Program-made: the position numbers and the translations under genes | Source of the DNA: Gammaproteobacteria bacterium | GTDB lineage: Bacteria; Pseudomonadota; Gammaproteobacteria; Eutrophobiales; Eutrophobiaceae | DNA length: 64,000 nt | Direction: 5' to 3' | NCBI GenBank assembly: GCA_965222155.1 | Contig: CBDCTH010000012.1 | Coordinates: forward strand, 1,760,001 to 1,824,000 | Notes under the pieces: model-generated | The model's database searches: none | The model's input: the letters and a program-made list of their open reading frames with translations, nothing else | What the model was told of the DNA's origin: nothing | In this document: one piece after another, positions 8,831 to 19,489 of the stretch | Layout: each line of letters begins with the position of its first letter | How positions within the stretch are numbered: position 1 is the stretch's first letter

Positions 8831-9910
8831 GTGAATGAATTTTCAGTAAACACTGCCGTTGATTATCCCCGCACGGCGAGAACAGTCCTGAGCGGTAATG
8901 AGAAATCATTGTCAAAAACATTTGAACTTATCCGTTCTGACAATAAGTTACTAACTATAGTTAAAGTAAATGATAATGAAAATACCCTCTATAGCACCCG
9001 CATCAATCTTGTTGCGGAAGAAGGCATAGGTTATTGGGAATTTCTACAACTTTCCGAAGACTTATATGTCATTGCAACTGATTGCCAATATCACAATACC
9101 CATGCTGAAACGGTTTTAGGTGAAGATTTCCTCGAATTTCATTTCAAGGTTTCCGGTGAACTGCTTATGGAATTAGGCGAGGAGGAAAAACTCAGTATCA
9201 GAGGCCCCTCCCTGTTAATCTGGAAACAACCGGCGGGATGCAATATAAAAGAATGGATTAAAGGTGGAACCCGGGAATCATCTCTGACCCTGTATTGTAA
9301 ACCAAGCTTATTTACAACAAGACTGGGAATGACGCCAGGTCAACTCCCCCGGATAGTCGAGTCGTTTATAAATGGTGAAAACAAGGCCATAGAGCATGAA
9401 GTTATTCCGCTCAATCCCGCCCTGGGATTTTCCATAACCAATTTGTTGCGTTCCGACTTTACCGATAATTTCCATCTGATACATACGAAGGCGAAAACAT
9501 ACGATTTACTATGCGATATCCTGCAATACATTTGCTCCCCGAATGTGCATAGCGGTGAAAATGCCAGGCCGTTGTCTACTTATGAAAAACAAAGACTGCA
9601 ACAGGCAAGGGATATTCTATCAACGACTTTCAGCCCACACCCCACAATAAAAGACCTGGCCAGGGAAATCGGACTTAATGAGACCAAATTCAAACGAGGC
9701 TTCAAGAAACTGTTCGGTTCAACCATTTATGAATATGGAAATTACCACCGCATGCAAAAAGCACTGGAGCTTTTACAAACAAGTGAATTATCCATATCGG
9801 ATATCGCCCAGGCGGTCGGCTACGAATATCAGACCAGCTTTACCGCTGCCGTGAAACATTTCTTTGGTGTAACACCAAAACAATTACGGGATAGTACATT
9901 AAAAAATTAG
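8831..9910 (+). CDS. AraC-family transcriptional regulator
   Basis: C-terminal double HTH: LAREIGLNETKFKRGFKKLFG and IAQAVGYEYQTSFTAAVKHFFGVTP. Confidence 0.92.
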   Translation: MNEFSVNTAVDYPRTARTVLSGNEKSLSKTFELIRSDNKLLTIVKVNDNENTLYSTRINLVAEEGIGYWEFLQLSEDLYVIATDCQYHNTHAETVLGEDFLEFHFKVSGELLMELGEEEKLSIRGPSLLIWKQPAGCNIKEWIKGGTRESSLTLYCKPSLFTTRLGMTPGQLPRIVESFINGENKAIEHEVIPLNPALGFSITNLLRSDFTDNFHLIHTKAKTYDLLCDILQYICSPNVHSGENARPLSTYEKQRLQQARDILSTTFSPHPTIKDLAREIGLNETKFKRGFKKLFGSTIYEYGNYHRMQKALELLQTSELSISDIAQAVGYEYQTSFTAAVKHFFGVTPKQLRDSTLKN

Positions 9911-9934
9911 TTTCCGGGATATCGATAGCAACTC

Positions 9935-9982
9935 CGTCGCCATTCCCGAGCAAGCGGGAATCCAGTCAGTGCCGGTATGACG
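9935..9982. repeat. Degenerate CGTC-type REP between convergent genes
   Basis: CATTCCCGAGCAAGCGGGAATCCAGT followed by a truncated right arm GCCGGTATGACG. Confidence 0.6.
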
Positions 9983-10005
9983 GGGGACATGGCAAGTTAA
10001 ACCAG

Positions 10006-12285
10006 CTATTTCCAGCGATAGCCGATACTGCCGCCGACCCAGCGCGGCGGCGCATAGGATTCGATACCATAACCGCCACCGGCGTAGGAAAGATCAAACG
10101 CGTAGACTGTGCGTTCAACATCGGTAAGGTTGTTCACGAACAAGCTTGCGTCCCAGCAGACATCCTGGCTGGTATAGGTGAGACGGGCATTGGCGACGAA
10201 ATAATCATCATCACTCAGTACAGGGTGGTTGATGGTGCTGTAGAAACGATCGTCCACATAGTTAAAATCCCCCTGTATCGCCAGTGAACCGCCAAAAGCA
10301 GGCCACTCATAGCGGGCCAACCCGTTTATGGATAATTCAGGGGCAAACGGCATTTCCTGTTTGGCCGTTCTACCGGAGGGGAGTATCACACCGCTGACTT
10401 CAGTATCAACATAGGCGAGACCCAATATGATATCCAGGCCATCAACAGGCGTTGCCTGAAATTCAACCTCACCACCATAAAGTTCGGCATCAGCATTGAA
10501 CAACACAACAGCGACACCGATAAAGTTATAGGCCTGGTAATCGTCGTAATCATAGTAAAACATACTGGCATTTAACCTTGCCCGGCCATTGGCAAAGTTT
10601 GCTTTAAAACCACCTTCATAGTTGACCAGTTCCTCGGGCTTGATCTGCAGGCTGGCCAGGCTTACGCCCGCACCGGCGCCGACTGTTGCGTTAAGCGCCC
10701 CACCCTTATTGCCACGGGTGACACCGGCATACAACAACAGGTCATCATTGGGACGATAGTTCAACTCAATCTTACCCGCCCAGTCACCATCTGAACGGCC
10801 ACCGGTAATGTGGGTATCAAAGGCAATTCCGAAGGCATCACAGGTGCCGGCAAGACCAGACGCACTGAAACCAAAGGCGTCGGTATCGAGGCACTGGTTT
10901 AACAGGTCAATTTTCTTCTCATCTTCGGTCCAGCGCAAACCACCAATTACTGACATCTGTTCGGTAAAGGCAATTTCCGCCTGCCCGAATATCGCCCAGG
11001 TTTCAGTCTCATGATTAAAATCATCAAAAAAGTTTATATCGAAAAACGGCGACTGATCGACCTGTTGGCGGGAATCACTGTCAATATTGAGATAATAACC
11101 ACCCAACACCCATTCCATGCTATCCGAGCTTCCGTTCAACCTGATTTCCTGGGATATCTGATCCGCATCCTGCTCCTGGTAGAAGGTAGTGACAGGTAAT
11201 GGAGAGCTGTCGTTATCTTCCAGATAGGCTTTGTCAATAGTCTGATAGTCGGTAATGGAGGTCAGGGTAATTGAATCGCTGATTTCCCAGGTGATGGTCC
11301 CGCTGAAACCAAACATCTCTCTGTCAAAGAAACCAATGGTATCCGGTGATACGCTGAAGACATCACCGGTTTCAGTATTGCCGTAACAATCCGAACCCCC
11401 CGGTGGAGTGACAGTAGGGAATCCATTGAAACCGGAGCAGAAACCATCCAGTAATGCCCGGTTGGTGTCTGTAATTTTTTCACTTAAGCCATCGTTGTCA
11501 AAATTCGGCGCCGAACCTATCTGATGATAGACGCCAGCATTGGTATTATCCGTATTGCTGTAGCGTGCGCTCAGCAACACATTTACCTGATCGCTGATAT
11601 CCACATCCAACTGGCCGCGTACATTGATGGTGGCATTTTCCACGATATCCTCACCACCGGTATTTTCATAATAGCCGTCATGATGTTCGGATGAGAAAGA
11701 CAGACGTCCACGTACGCTATTGGAGAACGGGCCACTAATTGCCGCCTCTGAACGGATCTTGTCATATTCGGCATATGTCAGATCGGCAAAGGCTTCAAAC
11801 TCATACGTTGGTTTTTTTGTCACCAGGTGAATCAGGCCACCAGTGGCGTTTCGTCCAAATAAAGTACCCTGTGGGCCGCGTAACACTTCCACTCGCTCAA
11901 GATCAAACATGGAGACATTCACGCCACCGATGAAACTGACATAGGCGCCGTCGACATAAACGGCATTCGGTGATTCCTGGTGATCGGCAAAATCCAGTTG
12001 TGCAACTCCCCGGAGATTGAGTGTCGTGGCTGCACCTGCTCCCCCGTACTCGCCGATCAGTAAACCGGGCGTCTGGTTTTCCAGGTCGGTGGTGTCTTCT
12101 ACCCCCAAGGCACGTAGTTGAGCACCACTGAATGCAGTAACTGAAATCCCCACGTCCTGCATGTTCTGCTCTCGTTTTTGTGCGGTAACAACGATTTCTT
12201 CCAGTAATTGGGCATTGGCTATCAGTGGCAATGCCAAAACAGCTAACGTTAACAATGAAGATGAAAATATTTTATAAATGCGCAT
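10006..12285 (-). CDS. TonB-dependent receptor
   Basis: Signal peptide, TonB box EEIVVTAQKRE, plug motif ERVEVLRGPQGTLFGRNATGG, C-terminal aromatic residue. Confidence 0.95.
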   Translation of the reverse strand: MRIYKIFSSSLLTLAVLALPLIANAQLLEEIVVTAQKREQNMQDVGISVTAFSGAQLRALGVEDTTDLENQTPGLLIGEYGGAGAATTLNLRGVAQLDFADHQESPNAVYVDGAYVSFIGGVNVSMFDLERVEVLRGPQGTLFGRNATGGLIHLVTKKPTYEFEAFADLTYAEYDKIRSEAAISGPFSNSVRGRLSFSSEHHDGYYENTGGEDIVENATINVRGQLDVDISDQVNVLLSARYSNTDNTNAGVYHQIGSAPNFDNDGLSEKITDTNRALLDGFCSGFNGFPTVTPPGGSDCYGNTETGDVFSVSPDTIGFFDREMFGFSGTITWEISDSITLTSITDYQTIDKAYLEDNDSSPLPVTTFYQEQDADQISQEIRLNGSSDSMEWVLGGYYLNIDSDSRQQVDQSPFFDINFFDDFNHETETWAIFGQAEIAFTEQMSVIGGLRWTEDEKKIDLLNQCLDTDAFGFSASGLAGTCDAFGIAFDTHITGGRSDGDWAGKIELNYRPNDDLLLYAGVTRGNKGGALNATVGAGAGVSLASLQIKPEELVNYEGGFKANFANGRARLNASMFYYDYDDYQAYNFIGVAVVLFNADAELYGGEVEFQATPVDGLDIILGLAYVDTEVSGVILPSGRTAKQEMPFAPELSINGLARYEWPAFGGSLAIQGDFNYVDDRFYSTINHPVLSDDDYFVANARLTYTSQDVCWDASLFVNNLTDVERTVYAFDLSYAGGGYGIESYAPPRWVGGSIGYRWK

Positions 12286-12635
12286 AATTATAGATCCCCC
12301 ATTGGTACAGCAAGAATATAATCGTTTTGAATAAAACTGGGCAACGCTAACACGTGGGGCAACAAGATTGATTAGGAAAATGGGAGTATTTTTTACTTGT
12401 AAGGTTCAATATTGATATGTGTTGTCAAAATTCAACTTTTGGATTGTCGTGAGTGCCGTTTTAGCTCCAGGCACCATCGCTGCTCCAGTGCTACTTAGTA
12501 AATTCGCGTTATCTACTATGTAGCACCTACATATGAGTGTCTACTAACCTTGTCCATTAGTGCACTTTCGGCATTAATGTCGTCCTTTAGAATATGTTCG
12601 GGAACAGCAGCAATATTTGTATCATCTGTGACAGG

Positions 12636-13838
12636 TCAGGACTGATCGGGATGGTGTATGTCTTCAACGGGTAATTGAGGCACTTTATTAGCTGATGCAT
12701 CCATGCCGGAAAGAATTTTCCCAGCCACTAATTTTTGAAAATGCAATGTCGTTGTTTCCTGAACAGGAGCAAAGGCGCCGCCCGTAAAGGCTTCAGACGT
12801 CCGGCCCCTTTGTGCCGATTCACAGATACCTATGTCCTCATTATTTACCTGGGACAACATATCCATGAGCTGTTGCCGGTCATGCTGGAGTTCAGGATTG
12901 GAAGCACAATCACCAATCAGGAACAGCTCTATGCGCTCCCTGGTTAAAATCGGCGAAACAGGCATGATGATATTAGCGAAAAAGAAGTCCGCCATGGAAA
13001 TGATGAGCAGGTTTGAAGGCAGGTACATCGATTCGCCGGTGGCAAATTCCTCAGGTTTTAAACCCGGGAAGGTCCTGAATTTCCCGGCATAGGAAACGCT
13101 CGGATTATGGCCTTTGACTCCCTGCCCGAGATAATGCCCTGCTCCGAGTATCTGGTAGTGCTCACCCATAGGATTAAATGCATTCATGGATCTATGCACC
13201 CAGGGAAGGTGGTAACTTTCCACAAAGTTTTCCACCACCAGCTTCCAGTTTGCTTCAAATTCCGGTCTTTGACCGAGATTTTTTACGTGTTCCAGCAAGG
13301 AAAGATCAATATGACTCCAACGGTCACTGAGTGGCCTGATAAAATCACTGAAATCTTCGCCATCGCCCGACAAATCTACAAATATCAACCCGGCCCATAC
13401 CCCCGAGCGGACTTCTTTCAGTCCCAATGCCGATTTTTCTATCTCATTGCATTCGTGAATACCTTCGCCACCAACATGAGGCGTTTGTTTCAGATCGCCA
13501 TCAAGATCGTAACTCCATGAATGATAGGGACATACCAGGGTTGTGCGCCTGCCCGGTTGTTCTACCAGTTGAGCGCCGCGATGGCTGCAAACATTATGAA
13601 ACACACGGATATTGGAATCCCTGGTTCGGACTACCAGCAGGGGTTGCTCAAGGATTGTGACCGGATACACGTCGCCATCGTCCTGCACATCACTGACCAG
13701 GCCGACGCATAACCATGAATCACGGAAGAAGTATTTTTTTTCTGCATCCAAGACATCAGTTGAAGTAAAAAAACGGCCGGGCATGCCTTTTGATTCGAAT
13801 ACTGTTTCTTTTAGTTCATTTGTTATCGCGTCATACAT
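12636..13838 (-). CDS. Rieske non-heme iron oxygenase alpha subunit (choline/betaine monooxygenase-like)
   Basis: Rieske ligands CSHRG and CPYH. Mononuclear iron site ENFVESYHLPWVH plus the downstream ED. Confidence 0.9.
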   Translation of the reverse strand: MYDAITNELKETVFESKGMPGRFFTSTDVLDAEKKYFFRDSWLCVGLVSDVQDDGDVYPVTILEQPLLVVRTRDSNIRVFHNVCSHRGAQLVEQPGRRTTLVCPYHSWSYDLDGDLKQTPHVGGEGIHECNEIEKSALGLKEVRSGVWAGLIFVDLSGDGEDFSDFIRPLSDRWSHIDLSLLEHVKNLGQRPEFEANWKLVVENFVESYHLPWVHRSMNAFNPMGEHYQILGAGHYLGQGVKGHNPSVSYAGKFRTFPGLKPEEFATGESMYLPSNLLIISMADFFFANIIMPVSPILTRERIELFLIGDCASNPELQHDRQQLMDMLSQVNNEDIGICESAQRGRTSEAFTGGAFAPVQETTTLHFQKLVAGKILSGMDASANKVPQLPVEDIHHPDQS

Positions 13839-13845
13839 CTGATGG

Positions 13846-16272
13846 CTACCTCATTTTTTTACCATCGGGATCATAAGGGGAGATATCAAGCAACACAGCG
13901 GGTCTGCGCTCGCCCAGAAGCGATATCTCAAATTCCCGACTATCGCCAACGAATTCTGATTTTAAGTACCCCATTGCCAGGCTCTTTTCTACCGTATGCC
14001 CATATCCACCCGATGTAGCAAACCCAGCCGGCAGGTCGCCGGACCATATTGGTTCATAGCCACCCACATCCGTATCGACAGCATCAATTTCGAAGCTTAC
14101 CAGTTTATGATCCGGCTTCGTATCCCTGTCCCGTAGTACTGCGTCACGGCCGATGAAGTCCGACTTGTCGTAATCAACAAACATATCAAGACCACACATT
14201 TTTGGTGTGTAATCCGGACTGAATTCCCGCGACCATATACCATAAGACTTTTCCAACCTCAGGGAAAGTAAAGCATAAATACCGTAGTCACGTAGTTTAT
14301 AACCAGCGTCATTTGCTATTGATTTCAATTGCTTATACACAGAGACAATATCAACGGGCGACAGGTAAATTTCATAACCCAGTTCGCCTGTAAATGAGAT
14401 ACGCGCTATGGTGGACGGGCAACCACCGATCTCTGCAGTTCGTACAGACAGGAATTTGAACTCATCATTCTCCAGCGATGTGTCTGTAATTCCCTGGAGT
14501 ATTTCCCTGGAAAATGGGCCTGCAAGAGACAAGCCACAAAGTGTATCTGTTTGATTTTGGATATTTACTCTTTCTCCATTCAGGTGGTTTTGAAACCAAC
14601 GGGTGTGGAATCTTTGCAAAGAACCCGAACCCATCAGCATAAAGCGATCATCAGCCAGACGCATTGCAGTGAGATCGCCCATCAGTCGGCCATTCTCCGC
14701 AAGTATGGGCGCCAGACGTGCCCGACCCACGCCTGGTAGTTTGGAGGTGACTATTTTATCCAGCCATTGTTCAGCATCAGGACCTGATATTTCATATTTG
14801 GCATAGCCGGAGATATCGAGCACACCTGCATTACTGCGGACCGCTCGACATTCCGCCGCCACTGTTTCAAAGGCATTGGACCGGCGCAGGCTTGGGGTTT
14901 CAATAGCATATTCGTCCGGAGGGGCAAAATAAAGTGGCATTTCCAATCCATCGCTTACACCAAATACAGCATTTTCCTGTTTAAAACTATCGTACAAGGG
15001 CGTTGTAAGAGCGGGACGGCCAGCCGGCCAGAATTCATTGGGACAGGTCATGCGCATACGTCGCTCGTAAAACTCCGTAGCCCTGGCCAATGTATAATCT
15101 TTGTTTGCATAGTCGCCAAAACGAGCGATATCCATCCCAAACACATCACCGTCCGGCTGGCCATCAATCATCCATTGCGCCAGAGTCAGGCCAATGCCGC
15201 CTCCCTGTGCAAATCCCGCCATCACAGCGCAAGCAACCCAGTAATTTTGAACACCGTTAACAGGTCCCACCAATGGATTACCATCCGGTGAAAAGGTAAA
15301 TGGGCCATTGACCACACGTTTGATTCCTGCCTCGGATACCTCCGGGAAACGTTTAAAACCTTTTTCCAGCGCACCATACAAACGTTCGAGATCATTCGGA
15401 AGCAGGTCGCTTTCACCATAATCCCATGATGTGCCCCCAACGGCCCAGGGAGTCGCCGGGGTTTCATAGACACCTAAAAGCACGCCATCGCGCTCCTGGC
15501 GCAGATACATCTCCCCGTCAAGATCTACGATGGTGGCGATCTCCTGTTCACGACTTATCAGGCTTGGAAGCCCTTCAGTAATCAAATAATGATGCTCAAA
15601 TGGGTGTAAGGGTAGTTGCAGACCCACCATCTCCCCTACTTCCCTGGCCCACAGACCTGCAGCATTTACTACATGTTCTGTCTTTATGGCCCCTTTATCC
15701 GTAATGACATCCCAACTGCCATCCATTTGCGGGTTTAGTTCTACAACCCTGGTATGCCGGTAAACTTTTGCTCCTTGCTGCTGTGCGGCCCTGGCATAGC
15801 CGTGAGTAATGCTATAGGGATCAATATGTCCCTCGTCTACCATGAATATGCCGCCCTTAAGATCGGAAACGTCAACAATGGGGCACAGTTCCTGTATTTC
15901 TGCGGGGCTGATCAGTTCCGATTCAATCCCCATGACTTTATGCCGTGCAGCTTCATTTTTCAGCATGTCCCACCAGGTATCGGTTGCCGCGAGGTTTATG
16001 CCGCCGGTTAAATGCATACCGACGGAAGCACCGGTGATCTTTTCAATCTCGTGGTAGAGATCGATCGTGTATTTCTGCAATCGGGCGACATTCGGATCGC
16101 CGTTGAGGGTGTGGAAACCACCAGCTGCATGCCAGGTTGAACCGGCGGTAAGCTCTTTTCTTTCCAGCAGCACTACGTCTGACCAACCCAGTTTAGTGAG
16201 ATGGTAGAGAATGCTGCAGCCGACCACCCCGCCGCCGATGACCACAACTTGTGTATGTGTTTTCAAATGCAC
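13846..16272 (-). CDS. GcvT-domain FAD-dependent oxidoreductase (dimethylglycine/sarcosine dehydrogenase-like)
   Basis: GGGVVG FAD motif, GSTWHAAG, NGPFTFSPDG, and C-terminal GcvT motifs RISFTGELGYE and SLRLEK. Confidence 0.9.
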   Translation of the reverse strand: MHLKTHTQVVVIGGGVVGCSILYHLTKLGWSDVVLLERKELTAGSTWHAAGGFHTLNGDPNVARLQKYTIDLYHEIEKITGASVGMHLTGGINLAATDTWWDMLKNEAARHKVMGIESELISPAEIQELCPIVDVSDLKGGIFMVDEGHIDPYSITHGYARAAQQQGAKVYRHTRVVELNPQMDGSWDVITDKGAIKTEHVVNAAGLWAREVGEMVGLQLPLHPFEHHYLITEGLPSLISREQEIATIVDLDGEMYLRQERDGVLLGVYETPATPWAVGGTSWDYGESDLLPNDLERLYGALEKGFKRFPEVSEAGIKRVVNGPFTFSPDGNPLVGPVNGVQNYWVACAVMAGFAQGGGIGLTLAQWMIDGQPDGDVFGMDIARFGDYANKDYTLARATEFYERRMRMTCPNEFWPAGRPALTTPLYDSFKQENAVFGVSDGLEMPLYFAPPDEYAIETPSLRRSNAFETVAAECRAVRSNAGVLDISGYAKYEISGPDAEQWLDKIVTSKLPGVGRARLAPILAENGRLMGDLTAMRLADDRFMLMGSGSLQRFHTRWFQNHLNGERVNIQNQTDTLCGLSLAGPFSREILQGITDTSLENDEFKFLSVRTAEIGGCPSTIARISFTGELGYEIYLSPVDIVSVYKQLKSIANDAGYKLRDYGIYALLSLRLEKSYGIWSREFSPDYTPKMCGLDMFVDYDKSDFIGRDAVLRDRDTKPDHKLVSFEIDAVDTDVGGYEPIWSGDLPAGFATSGGYGHTVEKSLAMGYLKSEFVGDSREFEISLLGERRPAVLLDISPYDPDGKKMR

Positions 16273-16380
16273 AAACCAATGCTGATTATGATGATTTGAG
16301 ATTAATGCAGTTAATTGCAGAAAAAATACTCAAATAGTTCTGATTTTGCGGAGATGAGTAATATTTGAGGGTAATGCTGA

Positions 16381-16584
16381 AAACGCTGCCGCTTCCAATA
16401 TACCCCCTTCGATAACCTGGTCGAGAAAACCCAGCGCTGGCAGAGTTTTACCGAAGCCTCCTGGGAACTGAGTGATGCTGTGACGCTCAGCACTGAATTC
16501 CTGTACAGCGAAAGCCGAGTACCGGACTGGAAAACCATCATCGATAATCCGTTCCACGCGCACCACATCGGCCCTATGGAATAG
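16381..16584 (+). pseudogene. Internal fragment of a TonB-dependent receptor gene
   Basis: Start-less frame reading CRFQYTPFDNLVEKTQRWQSFTEASWELSDAVTLSTEFLYS..VPDWKT, resembling TBDR barrel strands (pattern recognition only). Confidence 0.5.
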
Positions 16585-16603
16585 TAATACTGGTCGGAGA
16601 TTA

Positions 16604-17734
16604 TCAGTTATTGTTATTCAAGCTGAATATCATCCGATCTTCAGCGAGAATGACGGGGCCATCATATTGCTGTTTCATGGCATGGATAAACTTGCCCCAG
16701 ATTGCGGGGCCCGGGCTCGAACCAAGATAAAGGCTGGACATCTCAATTGCCGCCGGGACGCTGGTATAGGGTGCAAGATGGTAGGCAACCAGTTTTTTCG
16801 CATTCACCTCACTGGCCAGTTGTCCTAACTGGGTCGGGCTGGTATGACCGGTCTGGGGACGCTCTTTCATCAATTCTTCCTTGTGAAAGTCCTTGAGGCT
16901 GAACTTGCCCCCGGAAGTCATACCCAGATCCGGTTTGACGCATTCGTGCACCAGTATGTCCACGTCTTTTGCCAGGGCTTTCATCCCTTCGGATACAGCC
17001 GTATCGCCACTGATTGCAACGGAACCGTAATCTGAGTCAACCCGGTAACCCAGACTTTTTACCGCGGGATCGGGAAGATGCTTTGTCTCAAGACAGGAAA
17101 CCTTGAAGCGATCTGTTTCCAATACCGTGCCCGGATCGATATCATGCACCTCGTAGGGCGGCTCCTCCCGTGGACGCTTGGTCATATGTGGCGGCCAGTA
17201 CTTGAGAATAGTCCCTACGAAGTCAACATTCATGGCGTGCATATGACGGATAGCGCCTTCCGACATCTGTTCTGTCCCAACAGGACCATATACGTAAACC
17301 GTTTCTTGTCTGCCGGCAATCCAGTTTGTTATCGCGAAATAGTCATAATCGGAGATATGGTCAAAGTGCAGGTGGGTAAAGAACAGGTGATCGATCTTCA
17401 TCGGGTTTATCCCGACCAGCATCAGGTTTTCCAGTACCCGGCGGCCGCAATCGAACTGCAGCACCGTAGCGTCGATGACAACCGCACAACTGGCGCCGCC
17501 GCGCAGCGGGTCCGGCAAGGCCGAACCGGAACCGGTGATAACCAGTTGCATCCCTTTTTTATTCAGATCGACGGTCGCATTAGCAGGCTGACCCATGGAT
17601 TCTGCTTTACCGGTAGCAGCGCGGGCCTGGCGCGTTGCCAAGGCTGATACGCCCGTCAGGGCTCCACCGGCCAGTCCTGCCAGGATGTTGCGACGAATCT
17701 GATCGAATTTCCTGAACCTGTTATACATTGACAT
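16604..17734 (-). CDS. Tat-exported metallo-beta-lactamase-fold hydrolase (RNase Z/AtsA-like)
   Basis: RRNILAG signal. Motifs GSGSALP, DCG, THLHFDH, SGDT, LVHE and GHT. Likely start ATG 17734. Confidence 0.85.
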   Translation of the reverse strand: MSMYNRFRKFDQIRRNILAGLAGGALTGVSALATRQARAATGKAESMGQPANATVDLNKKGMQLVITGSGSALPDPLRGGASCAVVIDATVLQFDCGRRVLENLMLVGINPMKIDHLFFTHLHFDHISDYDYFAITNWIAGRQETVYVYGPVGTEQMSEGAIRHMHAMNVDFVGTILKYWPPHMTKRPREEPPYEVHDIDPGTVLETDRFKVSCLETKHLPDPAVKSLGYRVDSDYGSVAISGDTAVSEGMKALAKDVDILVHECVKPDLGMTSGGKFSLKDFHKEELMKERPQTGHTSPTQLGQLASEVNAKKLVAYHLAPYTSVPAAIEMSSLYLGSSPGPAIWGKFIHAMKQQYDGPVILAEDRMIFSLNNNN

Positions 17735-17904
17735 AGCTGTTATCCGGTTAGTGACCAGAGTCGAATTTACACTGAACTCGATCGGAAGAAAACCCCGACG
17801 CTCAGTGACAGACATAAATGCCATTACCCAAACCGGCATTATTTGCGCGTTTATGTCAGACACCACCCCGTACCGAAAAATCTGCTCTAATGTGGAGGGT
17901 TGTT

Positions 17905-18110
17905 CAGGGCAAACGCATACTTTTGAATTCAGACGTTTTTACCCGATTCCGTCATTCTGGCGCAAGCCAGAATCCAGTGAATAACCCTTCATCACCATGA
18001 TCATGCGCTGTTGTTTGACTGGATGCTGGCATTCGCCAGCATGACGGGCGGCGTTTTCCGGTTGGTTTCCTGTCTTCTGCAACAGAATCCAAAAGTATGC
18101 GTTTGCCCTG
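17905..18110. mobile_element. Non-autonomous MITE with ISAs1-like ends
   Basis: 26-bp TIRs CAGGGCAAACGCATACTTTTG(A/G)ATTC with one mismatch. Perfect 10-bp direct repeat GAGGGTTGTT at 17895-17904 and 18111-18120. No transposase; internal REP pair. Confidence 0.85.
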
Positions 18111-18299
18111 GAGGGTTGTTCACCTGCTCACTGACGGGATTGGCTTACCGACCCCGATGGAGTATTATCAGCAAATTACACAGACCGCCTGATACTGGCC
18201 TGCGCCAGCACAGGCTTGTCTCATATATATTGAACCTGGACACGCCGTGGACAACATTAAACCGAGCCGCGACAATCCCGGAGACCTGATGATACGCAA

Positions 18300-19489
18300 A
18301 TGAAAATAGAATCTATTCGACTGAAGAATTTCAAAGCGTTAAAGGACGTTGAAATGAGAGATATTCCTCGTCTTTGCGTACTTGTCGGTGCTAATGGTAG
18401 CGGCAAAAGTACGCTTTTCGGTGTTTTTGGTTTTTTGCGAGAAGCTATGAATAGCAATGTCAACACAGCTTTAACTAAATTAGGCGGAAGTTGCAGTTTC
18501 AAAGAGGTTCGCAGTCGTAACCAGGAGGGGGCGATTGAAATAGAGATTAAATTCAGAAAAAAAGCTACGGGGACAGGCAATACCAATCCACTCATTACCT
18601 ATTCTCTCCAAATCAACGAGAAAAATGATCGGGTTTTCGTGGAACATGAGATTTTGAAGTATAGACGAGGAAGCAAGGGACAACCATCGCATTTCCTTAA
18701 TTTTTCTGGTGGAAGCAGAAATGCCGTCACCAATGAACTGGAGGACGTTGAAGAAGATAGTGAGCTTGAACGAGAGGAACAAACGTTGAAATCGGATGAT
18801 ATTCTGGCCATTAAAGGATTGGCCCAATTTGAACGGTTTCCCGCAGCCGTCGCCTTGGGCAATTTAATTGAACACTGGCATATTTCAGATTTCCACATCA
18901 GTAAAGCTCGACCGGAACAAGAGGCAGGATTCGCGGACCATCTTTCCCGTGAGGGCGATAACCTTTCGCTAGTGGTTGAGTATCTTCACAAGCACCATGA
19001 AGAGACATTTGACACCATTCTCCGTTGTTTGGAGAAACGGGTTCCGGGCATTACCCGGGTTGAATCCAAAACAACCGAAGAGGGACGGGTTCTGCTTAAA
19101 TTCCAGGATGGTTCTTTTGAGGATCCTTTACTGGCACGCTATGTTTCTGATGGAACCATCAAAATGCTTGCCTACCTGGTATTCCTGCTCCCCATCCTCT
19201 GCTGTGCATAGAAGAACCCGAAAATCAGCTTTATCCTCAATTACTGGAAGAGCTGGCAGAAGAATTCCGTAATTATGCCAATCGTAGTGGTCAGGTTTTT
19301 ATTTCCACTCATTCTCCTGATTTTCTTAATGCAGTGGAATTAGACGAGGTCTTCTGGCTGGAAAAAGAGCGAGGATATACACAAATAAAAAGAGCGCAGG
19401 ATGATGCACAGATCAAAACCTATATGGAAGATGGAGATAAAATGGGTTATCTGTGGAAGCAGGGATTGTTTGGCAAGGTGGCTCCTTAA
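18300..19489 (+). pseudogene. ABC/AAA_21-type ATPase, frameshifted near 19180
   Basis: Walker A GANGSGKS and SDGT. The Walker B segment LLCIEEPENQ and STHSP continue in another frame to TAA at 19487-19489. Homologous to 28171-29346. Confidence 0.85.
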
